Shown: positions 10,870-19,002 of the stretch, piece after piece
Layout: each line of letters starts with the position of its first letter
Position numbering within the stretch: the first letter of the stretch is position 1
Made by a program: the position numbers and the translations under genes
NCBI GenBank assembly: GCA_041653535.1
Contig: JBAZFH010000003.1
Span: 66,771 to 130,770, forward strand
Origin: Patescibacteria group bacterium
GTDB taxonomy: Bacteria; Patescibacteriota; Patescibacteriia; JACRDY01
Direction of reading: 5' to 3'
Length of the DNA: 64,000 bases
Notes under the pieces: generated by a model
Seen by the model: the letters and a program-made list of their open reading frames with translations, nothing else
Told to the model about the DNA's origin: nothing
Database searches by the model: none

Positions 10870-10995
10870 CCCGCCCCTCTCAGACACGGTTTGGTTTTTT
10901 TGAGAGTAGGTGGTAGAAGCGGCTTCGCCTTTGGTCGGTGGTTATCAAAATCTTTCACGCTTCAAAGAGGCGGGGCGAGATGTGGTTCTAACCTG

Positions 10996-11050
10996 GTTTG
11001 TTTTTTGACCAGATTTAGGCTTGCTAAAATCCTATAATTAGCAGTCTTGA
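10996..11050 (+). repeat. Proximal copy of the promoter-like direct repeat, immediately upstream of hrcA
   Basis: Direct repeat of 10824-10869. Confidence 0.6.
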
Positions 11051-11064
11051 CACGTGAGTGCTAA
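11038..11064 (+). promoter_or_regulatory. CIRCE operator (HrcA binding site), TTAGCAGTC-N9-GAGTGCTAA, overlapping a TATAAT -10 hexamer (11033-11038)
   Basis: Matches the CIRCE consensus TTAGCACTC-N9-GAGTGCTAA with one mismatch. Sits directly in front of hrcA. Confidence 0.8.
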
Positions 11065-11074
11065 CTGGAGTAAA

Positions 11075-11776
11075 ATGATTTATATGGAAGATCGTACAGA
11101 AAAATTACTTACTTCAATAGTCAGAGAACACATAAAAACAGCCCAGCCGGTTGGATCTTCTTTATTGGTGGAAAAGTACCATCTGGACGTTAGTCCGGCT
11201 ACCGTGCGTAACGAAATGGCTTTGCTGGAAGAAGAGGGTTATATCGCTCAGCCGCATACTTCGGCTGGCCGGGTACCGACGGAAAAGGGTTATCGTTTTT
11301 ATGTGGAAAACTTTCTTTCGACTCGTGAAATGAAGGAAGTCGATCAGAAGAAACTAAAAGAAATGCTGAAAAGGTTTGCTGATGATCGCCGCTTGATGCT
11401 CAAAAATATTGCCAAAGATTTGGCAGAAATGTCGGGCCAACTGGTTTTTGTCGGTTTTGCACCTAATGATGCTTATTATACCGGAGTTTCCAATATTTTT
11501 TCTCAGCCCGAGTTTATCGAGAAAGGTTTGGTTTACGACCTCGGTGTAGTGGTTGATCATTTAGACGAAGCAATGAAAAAGATTTTTGACCTGCCGGAAA
11601 CTGCATCGCAAATCATGATCGGTTCCAAAAACCCTTTTGGCAATATGTGTTCAGCCGTAGTTGCTAAGTATCAAACTAAAGATGGCAATGAGATTTTGGG
11701 CTTACTTGGACCGATGCGCATGGATTATGATGCCAATGTCGGCATGGTGAATTTTATTAAAGAAATAATTAAATAG
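11075..11776 (+). CDS. hrcA: Heat-inducible transcriptional repressor HrcA
   Basis: Winged-helix N-terminus (QPVGSSLLVEKYHLDVSPATVRNEMALLEEEGYIAQPHTSAGRVPT). Start moved to the ATG at 11075 (GGAG upstream); the ORF-track GTG at 11054 lies inside CIRCE. Confidence 0.85.
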   Translation: MIYMEDRTEKLLTSIVREHIKTAQPVGSSLLVEKYHLDVSPATVRNEMALLEEEGYIAQPHTSAGRVPTEKGYRFYVENFLSTREMKEVDQKKLKEMLKRFADDRRLMLKNIAKDLAEMSGQLVFVGFAPNDAYYTGVSNIFSQPEFIEKGLVYDLGVVVDHLDEAMKKIFDLPETASQIMIGSKNPFGNMCSAVVAKYQTKDGNEILGLLGPMRMDYDANVGMVNFIKEIIK

Positions 11777-11786
11777 TGCAATATTT

Positions 11787-12302
11787 ATGGATGAAGATAA
11801 AAAAGTTAAAGAGGACCTAGATGATCAGGTTCAAGCCGAAGAAACTCAGGATGACGGAGTCGGTGCTGCCGAAGTTGATTTGGTCTTAGACTACAAAAAT
11901 AAATGGCTGCGGGCCGTGGCCGACTATCAGAATCTAAAAAAAGACACAATCAAGGAAAAAGAGGATTGGATCAAATTTGCCAATGCTGGACTTGTACTAG
12001 AATTAATCCCAATTCTTAACAATTTCAAAGAAGCAACCAAACATATTCCGGTTGATCAGCAAAAACTAGATTGGGTAGTAGGAATTTTTCATATTAAAAA
12101 GCAGCTGGAAGATGTCCTGAAAAATATCGGTATTGAAGATATGAAAACGGTTGGTGAAAAGTTTAATCCAGAGTTTCACGAAGCGGTTAGTCAGAGAGAA
12201 GAAAAAGGAGTCGACCCAGATCAGGTGATTGAAGAAGTACGTCCTGGATACACGATGCACGGTAAGGTGATAGAAGCGGCGAAGGTGGTGGTGAGTAAAT
12301 AG
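11787..12302 (+). CDS. grpE: Nucleotide exchange factor GrpE
   Basis: Acidic N-terminus. DYQNLKKDTIKEKE coiled-coil. Heat-shock operon context. Confidence 0.85.
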   Translation: MDEDKKVKEDLDDQVQAEETQDDGVGAAEVDLVLDYKNKWLRAVADYQNLKKDTIKEKEDWIKFANAGLVLELIPILNNFKEATKHIPVDQQKLDWVVGIFHIKKQLEDVLKNIGIEDMKTVGEKFNPEFHEAVSQREEKGVDPDQVIEEVRPGYTMHGKVIEAAKVVVSK

Positions 12303-12360
12303 GAGGATAGGAGGATAGGAGGATAATTTTTTTCTTAACATCCTAACCTTATAACCTCCT
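12300..12360 (+). repeat. Tandem 8-mer (GGAGGATA)x3 beginning at the grpE stop codon, followed by a partially complementary pyrimidine arm (atcctaaccttataacctcct). TAG occurs in all three frames.
   Basis: taggaggataggaggataggaggata read directly. AGGAGG/CCTCCT 6-bp perfect stem. Confidence 0.7.
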
Positions 12361-12431
12361 GACATTTTAATAAATATAAATAAACCACCTACCGTGATTT
12401 TGCCACGGAGGTGAATAAGGAGAATAACAAT

Positions 12432-12854
12432 ATGTCACTAATCAAATGGACACCAATGTGGGATCCGTTCGAAGAAATGGATCAAGCTCTCGATTTTCCC
12501 ACCAGTCGGGGTATGCGGGCTTTTATTCCCGCGATGGACGTTTACCAAGACAAAGACAATGTTTACGTTGAGACTGCTTTAGCCGGAGTTGATCCGGAAA
12601 AAGTCGAGGTTTCTATCGAAAACGACGTCCTGACTATCAAAGGTACGACTGAAAAAAAGAGTGAAGTCGAAGACAAGGCTTATTACCGCAAAGAAGTGCA
12701 GCAAGGTAGTTTTTACCGCTCGGTAGCCCTACCCACGCATGTTGTCGGCGGTGAAGCCAACGCTGAGTACAAGGATGGTATTCTCAAAATCTCCGTACCG
12801 AAAGCCGAAGAAGTCAAGCCAAAGACTATCCAGGTTAAAGTAAATAAAAAATAA
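12432..12854 (+). CDS. Small heat-shock protein, Hsp20/alpha-crystallin family
   Basis: Alpha-crystallin domain pattern (FIPAMDVYQDKDNVYVETALAGVDPEKVEVSIENDVLTIKG...ILKISVPK). AAGGAG Shine-Dalgarno 9 nt upstream of the ATG at 12432. Confidence 0.8.
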   Translation: MSLIKWTPMWDPFEEMDQALDFPTSRGMRAFIPAMDVYQDKDNVYVETALAGVDPEKVEVSIENDVLTIKGTTEKKSEVEDKAYYRKEVQQGSFYRSVALPTHVVGGEANAEYKDGILKISVPKAEEVKPKTIQVKVNKK

Positions 12855-12938
12855 TTTTCTCCAGACTGTCCGCCCCTTATTCTTTAGAGAGGGGGGCGGT
12901 AAGTGTGGAGAAAAAAAGTGGTGCTTTATAGGCACCAC
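12855..12938. terminator. Compound hairpin region between the convergent hsp20 and antisense small ORF
   Basis: Outer stem ttttctccagac / gtgtggagaaaa. Inner stem ccgcccc / gggggcgg. Separate perfect 7-bp hairpin gtggtgc-tttatag-gcaccac. Confidence 0.5.
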
Positions 12939-13189
12939 TCGGCGATTGATTGATCAGCAAGGGTACGACTTTGCTCCAGCCCATCGACGACTTCTCTGAC
13001 GGTATTAGCTTGTTTGATAGAATCAATAGCTCCACGAGGCAGGCATATTTCGCCGCAATGTTCTATTGCCGCTTGCAGGTCTTGCCGATTTTTGCCGTTT
13101 AGCACTTCCACCAAAGAATCGTCCAAAGAAAATTTACCAATTCCCAGGAAACGTAATGACTTAGCAATCAGCCTTTCGCATTCTTTCAT
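12926..13189 (-). CDS. Hypothetical 87-aa protein encoded antisense within the heat-shock locus
   Basis: ATG preceded by a strong G-rich Shine-Dalgarno (aagggggggggaaacgATG). Balanced amino-acid composition. No recognisable family. Confidence 0.4.
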   Translation of the reverse strand: MKECERLIAKSLRFLGIGKFSLDDSLVEVLNGKNRQDLQAAIEHCGEICLPRGAIDSIKQANTVREVVDGLEQSRTLADQSIAEWCL

Positions 13190-13240
13190 CGTTTCCCCCC
13201 CCTTCTGTCAATGTTAATTTGTCTAAGTAAATTATACTAA

Positions 13241-15205
<1,965 letters not shown>

Positions 15206-15236
15206 TATTTAGGTCTTAGTATATGGTATATAGGGC

Positions 15237-15258
15237 GGGCTCCGATTTATCGGAGCCC
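15237..15258 (+). promoter_or_regulatory. Perfect 9-bp hairpin (gggctccga-ttta-tcggagccc) 30 nt after the dnaK stop, with no U-tract. Possible processing or attenuation site.
   Basis: Read directly. Not followed by a T-run on either strand. Confidence 0.4.
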
Positions 15259-15273
15259 GAAACCAAATCAATT

Positions 15274-15621
15274 ATGGATTACGCGACAAAATATCTGGGG
15301 AAAGTGGTGACGATCAAAATGGATCGGCCGATCGGTACCGAGCACCCCAAACATCCGGGTTTGATTTATCCGATCAACTACGGCTTTGTGCCGGGCAATT
15401 TTTCTCCTGATGGCGAAGAGACGGATGCTTATATTTTGGGTATTACTGAGCCGCTGACAGAGTTTACTGGTGTTTGTATAGCGGTCATCCACCGCACCAA
15501 CGACGCTGACGACAAACTAATCGTCGTGCCAGAGGGCACCAGCTTTACCGACGAACAAATAAAAGAATTAACATATTTTCAAGAAAAGTATTATCAGTCG
15601 GAGATAATTAGGAGCTGGTAG
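15274..15621 (+). CDS. Short, divergent inorganic-pyrophosphatase-like protein, about 115 aa, with a degenerate active site
   Basis: YPINYGFVPGNFSPDGEETDAYILG and GVCIAVIHRTNDADDKLIVVPEG align to family I pyrophosphatase motifs YPxNYGFIP...DGDPLDVLV and R(P/V)IGV..MxDExGxDxKIIAV. The Asp cluster is altered. Confidence 0.5.
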   Translation: MDYATKYLGKVVTIKMDRPIGTEHPKHPGLIYPINYGFVPGNFSPDGEETDAYILGITEPLTEFTGVCIAVIHRTNDADDKLIVVPEGTSFTDEQIKELTYFQEKYYQSEIIRSW

Positions 15622-15678
15622 TTGGTAGTTGGGGATTAGAAAATTTTCTAACCACTAACCACTAACGACTAACCACTA
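15617..15678 (+). repeat. Tandem 7-mers (GGTAGTT)x2 spanning the stop codon, then (CTAACCA)-type repeats x4. TAG/TAA occur in all frames.
   Basis: ggtagttggtagttgggg...ctaaccactaaccactaacgactaaccacta. Confidence 0.7.
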
Positions 15679-15681
15679 TTT

Positions 15682-15975
15682 ATGTCTCAACCAAATCAAC
15701 AACCAACCGAAATTAAACTTGCCGACAATATCCCGGGCGCGGATTACGCCAACTTTATGCAAGTCTCTCACACCAAAGAAGAATTTCTCATGATGTTTGC
15801 TAACGTCGCTGGACTTAGTGGTCGAGTTATTGGTAAAATCATTACCAGCCCCGGACATCTGAAACGGATTATCAAAGCGCTGCAAGACAACGTCAAGATG
15901 TACGAAGACAAATTTGGCGCGATAACCGAAGCCGAAGCGCCAGCAGGAAAAGAGATCGGGTTTACAGATAAATAA
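15682..15975 (+). CDS. DUF3467-family small protein
   Basis: Pattern YANFMQVSHTKEEFLMMF...LKRIIKALQDNVKMYEDKFG resembles DUF3467. Confidence 0.5.
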   Translation: MSQPNQQPTEIKLADNIPGADYANFMQVSHTKEEFLMMFANVAGLSGRVIGKIITSPGHLKRIIKALQDNVKMYEDKFGAITEAEAPAGKEIGFTDK

Positions 15976-15980
15976 GAAAG

Positions 15981-16066
15981 CAGGAGGATATGAGGGTAAG
16001 AGGATAGGAAATTTCCTAACCTCCTAACCTCCTAACCTCCTAACCTCCTAACCTCCTAACCTCCTA
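15981..16066 (+). repeat. Purine-rich AGGAGGATA-type arm, then (CCTAACCT)x6 perfect tandem 8-mer ending 3 nt before the dnaJ ATG
   Basis: cctaacct repeated six times. TAA falls in all three frames. CCTCCT mimics the 16S anti-SD. Confidence 0.75.
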
Positions 16067-16068
16067 TC

Positions 16069-17166
16069 ATGTCAAAAAACTACTACGAAACTCTCGGCGT
16101 TCCCAAAACCGCCAGTGCTGATGAAATCAAAAAAGCCTTCCGTGAAAAGGCCCATCTTTATCATCCAGACAAAAAAGGTGGTGATGAGGCTAAGTTTAAA
16201 GAAATCAACGAAGCCTATCAGGCGCTGGGTAATCCCGAAAAAAGAAAGCAGTATGATCAATTTGGTCAGACCTTCAATGGCGCGGGTGGTCCCGGTGCCG
16301 GCGGATTTAACTGGCAGGATTTTGCGCGACAGGGCGGACACTCCAGCTCGGGCGCCAATTTTGACTTTGGCGATCTAGGTGACATCTTTGGCGGGTTTGG
16401 CGATATCTTCGGTTTTGGTGGCGGTGGGGGAAAGCGTTCTAGTCAACCGACTAAAGGCAGAGATATCGAAGCCGAAATCGACATCACTTTTGAAGAAAGT
16501 ATTTTTGGTGCAGAAAAAACCGTTGATTTGAAAAAAAATATTGTTTGCGATACTTGTGAAGGTTCTGGCGCCAAGCCGGGTAGTAAGATTACTACTTGTC
16601 CCACTTGCGGTGGTCGCGGTCAGGTAGAACAAGTTCAGCGGACATTTATTGGTAATATCCGTAGCGTTGGTGTTTGTCCACAGTGCGACGGCGAAGGAAA
16701 GGTTTTTGAAAAGCCATGCGAGAGTTGCGGCGGTAAAGGTATTAAGACTGGCAAAGAGCAGATAAAAATAAAAATCCCGGCGGGTATCTCCGACGGGCAA
16801 AGCATTCGCTTGTCAGGCAAAGGTGAGGCCGGCGAACGGGGAGTGCCGGCGGGAGATCTTTATATTACCGTTAATGTTTACAAAAATAATCGTTTTGATC
16901 GTCGCGGCGATGATATTTGGAATAAAGCAAGTATCACTTTTCGCCAAGCCGCGCTTGGTGACAAAATAGATGTTGATACTGTTCATGGTCCGGTTAAACT
17001 CAGTATTCCTGCCGGTACTCAGAGTGGCAAGGTTTTCAAACTTTCCGGCAAAGGCGTGCCACACCTTAATGCTTCGGGACAAGGCGACCATTATGTGGAA
17101 GTGACAGTTGTAACGCCGACACGTCTGTCCCGAGCGCAAAAAAAGGCGCTGGAAGAGTTGGACTAG
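16069..17166 (+). CDS. dnaJ: Molecular chaperone DnaJ
   Basis: J domain with HPD (YHPDKK). Gly/Phe-rich linker. Four CxxCxGxG zinc-finger repeats. Confidence 0.9.
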   Translation: MSKNYYETLGVPKTASADEIKKAFREKAHLYHPDKKGGDEAKFKEINEAYQALGNPEKRKQYDQFGQTFNGAGGPGAGGFNWQDFARQGGHSSSGANFDFGDLGDIFGGFGDIFGFGGGGGKRSSQPTKGRDIEAEIDITFEESIFGAEKTVDLKKNIVCDTCEGSGAKPGSKITTCPTCGGRGQVEQVQRTFIGNIRSVGVCPQCDGEGKVFEKPCESCGGKGIKTGKEQIKIKIPAGISDGQSIRLSGKGEAGERGVPAGDLYITVNVYKNNRFDRRGDDIWNKASITFRQAALGDKIDVDTVHGPVKLSIPAGTQSGKVFKLSGKGVPHLNASGQGDHYVEVTVVTPTRLSRAQKKALEELD

Positions 17167-17200
17167 GGGTTGTCATCCTGAGCCTGCGAAGGATCCCTCT
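17167..17200 (+). repeat. Left arm of an inverted-repeat (MITE-like) element, ggggttgtcatcctgagcctgcgaaggatccctc
   Basis: About 85% identical to the reverse complement of 17288-17327. Confidence 0.5.
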
Positions 17201-17230
17201 TAATTACCCACGGAAGAAAAAGAACATGAT

Positions 17231-17262
17231 AAAACGTAATCATCGACGATTACGTTTTATTT
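17231..17262 (+). terminator. Intrinsic terminator after dnaJ
   Basis: aaaacgtaatc-atcgac-gattacgtttt perfect 11-bp stem followed by a T-rich run. Confidence 0.75.
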
Positions 17263-17287
17263 AATATTCATATGTATCTCTTTTTTG

Positions 17288-17327
17288 GAGGGATTCTTCG
17301 CTACCGCTCAGAATGACAGCAGGGTTG
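17288..17327 (-). repeat. Right (inverted) arm of the MITE-like element. A third partial copy (ctcagaatgaca) lies at 17352-17378.
   Basis: gagggattcttcgctaccgctcagaatgacagc. The overlapping ORF-track ORF 17261..17605 is repeat-derived and not a gene. Confidence 0.5.
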
Positions 17328-17380
17328 GATTTTTCGCAGAGTTTATCTTGAGCGTAGGCGAAGGACTCAGAATGACAAAA

Positions 17381-17413
17381 AGAAAAACCGTCCGCGAGAA
17401 GCGAACGGTTTTT
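17381..17413. terminator. Hairpin terminator downstream of the minus-strand gene 17422..17754
   Basis: aaaaaccgtccgc-gagaa-gcgaacggttttt. Confidence 0.5.
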
Positions 17414-17421
17414 GGTTGATG

Positions 17422-17754
17422 TTAGGTGGTGGTGGTTTGGTTTTTCTGGGGCAAAACCTTGTACCACAGAAAGAAAAATGGAACCAGGAACCCGGTAAAC
17501 GGCAGTATCGCCGGGGCGAGCAACACGATAAAGACTACTCCTATCGTGGTTTTTTTGGTCTGATATAGATTCGGAATCAGAAAGAACACGATAGTGATAG
17601 CCCAAGCCGCGATGTAGGCGACACCGAGCGGCATCCGGTAAGGAATCGGGTTGTCAAAAACGCCATTTTTCCAGGCGATAATTACCAGTCCGAGATAAAT
17701 AACCCCGCAGGCAAAGAATATGCCGTAGAAAAGGTTTTGGGTCTTTTTGGACAT
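17422..17754 (-). CDS. Hypothetical small membrane protein with 3 TM helices
   Basis: Hydrophobic segments. GGAG about 8 nt upstream of the ATG. Confidence 0.5.
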   Translation of the reverse strand: MSKKTQNLFYGIFFACGVIYLGLVIIAWKNGVFDNPIPYRMPLGVAYIAAWAITIVFFLIPNLYQTKKTTIGVVFIVLLAPAILPFTGFLVPFFFLWYKVLPQKNQTTTT

Positions 17755-17778
17755 TCAGCTCTCCTTGTCGCTAGGATG

Positions 17779-18813
17779 TTAGAAGGTGATTTGCATTTCA
17801 GTTAAGATTCGTTGGATTTCTTTGTCAATTGCCAGGTCGGCGTTGGGTAGGTCGGTAGAGTCGCTACCCAGAATGATTTTTGATCGCAAATGAGCGATAA
17901 GTAACGCGAAAGCCGCTTCTTTGCCGACATGGCTGCAAGCCAGATCGAAACGCCTGGGATGATCGGAGTCGATAATTTTTAGCGCGGAAATTATGGGGTG
18001 ATAGCGGTGTTTTTGTGTCAGTGCCGCCGCCAGAACTAGGGCATCTCCTTCGCTTTTTGCAGGAGTATTGCCACCGTGCAACGGACGCACCGTCCAGTCG
18101 TCGTCCAGTTTTTGCGGTGGTCGAACTTCTATTTCGGCGTGGGCAATAGCCCGCCAGTGTGGTTTGAAAAATGAATTGCCTTCCATCACCCAAACAAAAT
18201 GTACACCATCCACGACTCGAGTGACTCTTGGCGCGGTGGTCGTCTGGTAGGCTGGCGAACCTTTTTTGGCCCAATCGGCAGCTAAAAGAAGGGCGGCGGA
18301 AAAACCATCTACGGTGGCGCTATCGTAAACATTACAACCGGGCGTCGATTCGTCATAGTGTTTGACGTCGAATCTCGGGGGTTGATTATCCAAAAATTTT
18401 CCGGGCGGATCTTGTACGGAATAAGGAATGATGTTTACTCGATGGCCAGTAAGAGTGGCCCAGTAGTAATTAGAGCCAGTATCAGCCGGGATCAGGATAA
18501 AATACGCCCCTTCAAAATTAAAAGGAGTCGCATTGTTTTCAAAGATTGCCAGCGATTTAAAAACCGCGGTTATCTTGGAAAGGGGAACGTTCTTGATCCC
18601 TAACTGTTTTTCAGGTTGATACGTTTCCAGAATTTCCAGAGTTACGTTTGTTTTCGGCGCCGGATCGTCCGGCTTGCCGGTCATTTTGGCGGATTTAATC
18701 CAGGCGAAAAATCGGTGAAGACCGCCATGATCCGTCCACATATTTTCGGAACCGCGAAGGTATCTGGTTAATTCTTCCAATCCTTTTACGTCTAAATCGA
18801 TTTTAATGAGCAT
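17779..18813 (-). CDS. Hypothetical protein of about 344 aa, GC-richer than its surroundings
   Basis: Perfect Shine-Dalgarno (AAGGAGA + 6 nt + ATG at 18813), so start set to MLIKIDL. Local GC about 53% versus about 38% in neighbouring genes. No recognisable family. Confidence 0.5.
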   Translation of the reverse strand: MLIKIDLDVKGLEELTRYLRGSENMWTDHGGLHRFFAWIKSAKMTGKPDDPAPKTNVTLEILETYQPEKQLGIKNVPLSKITAVFKSLAIFENNATPFNFEGAYFILIPADTGSNYYWATLTGHRVNIIPYSVQDPPGKFLDNQPPRFDVKHYDESTPGCNVYDSATVDGFSAALLLAADWAKKGSPAYQTTTAPRVTRVVDGVHFVWVMEGNSFFKPHWRAIAHAEIEVRPPQKLDDDWTVRPLHGGNTPAKSEGDALVLAAALTQKHRYHPIISALKIIDSDHPRRFDLACSHVGKEAAFALLIAHLRSKIILGSDSTDLPNADLAIDKEIQRILTEMQITF

Positions 18814-19002
18814 TTCCAGTCTCCTTGCAGGCACCGCCTGCTGTTGTTACACGGCACCGCCGTGGTAAGGTGATGGTCTAGTCTTATCAGGATGTTGATT
18901 TTTTGTCAATGTTTTTAGTAACGGTATTTAGAACAAATTGGCATTATCTTCAGAGATTGGGCACTAGGCACTAGACATTAATTATGCTAATATTTTACTG
19001 CT

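Noticed and set aside
10684-10887. 67-aa minus ORF in the hrcA upstream repeat region
   Set aside because: It overlaps the duplicated promoter-like repeat and has no ribosome-binding site or motifs. It is more likely non-coding.
15976-16068. Checked whether the (CCTAACCT)n and similar short tandem repeats could be a CRISPR array or telomere-like repeats
   Set aside because: The period is 7-8 bp with no spacers. The arrays are under 60 bp with no cas genes nearby. The unit differs from the telomeric CCCTAA 6-mer, and this is a circular-type bacterial gene context.
16375-17139. Antisense ORFs (141 aa and 108 aa) inside dnaJ, the 172-aa ORF antisense to dnaX (19156..19674), and the 156-aa + strand ORF at 33223..33693
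   Set aside because: These are shadow ORFs of GC-richer real genes on the opposite strand. They have no start context and implausible composition (R/V/F/C-rich).
17261-17605. ORF-track 114-aa minus-strand ORF containing CHSESFAYAQDKLCEKSNPAVILSGSEESL
   Set aside because: It is generated by translating the MITE-like inverted repeats and terminator hairpins. It overlaps the real membrane gene 17422..17754.
18835-19002. Looked for SRP RNA (ffs) upstream of dnaX, a common bacterial arrangement
   Set aside because: No conserved domain IV motifs (GGAA...AGCAG symmetric loop, GNRA tetraloop helix) are recognisable. Only short gcaccgcc and ggcactag repeats are present.
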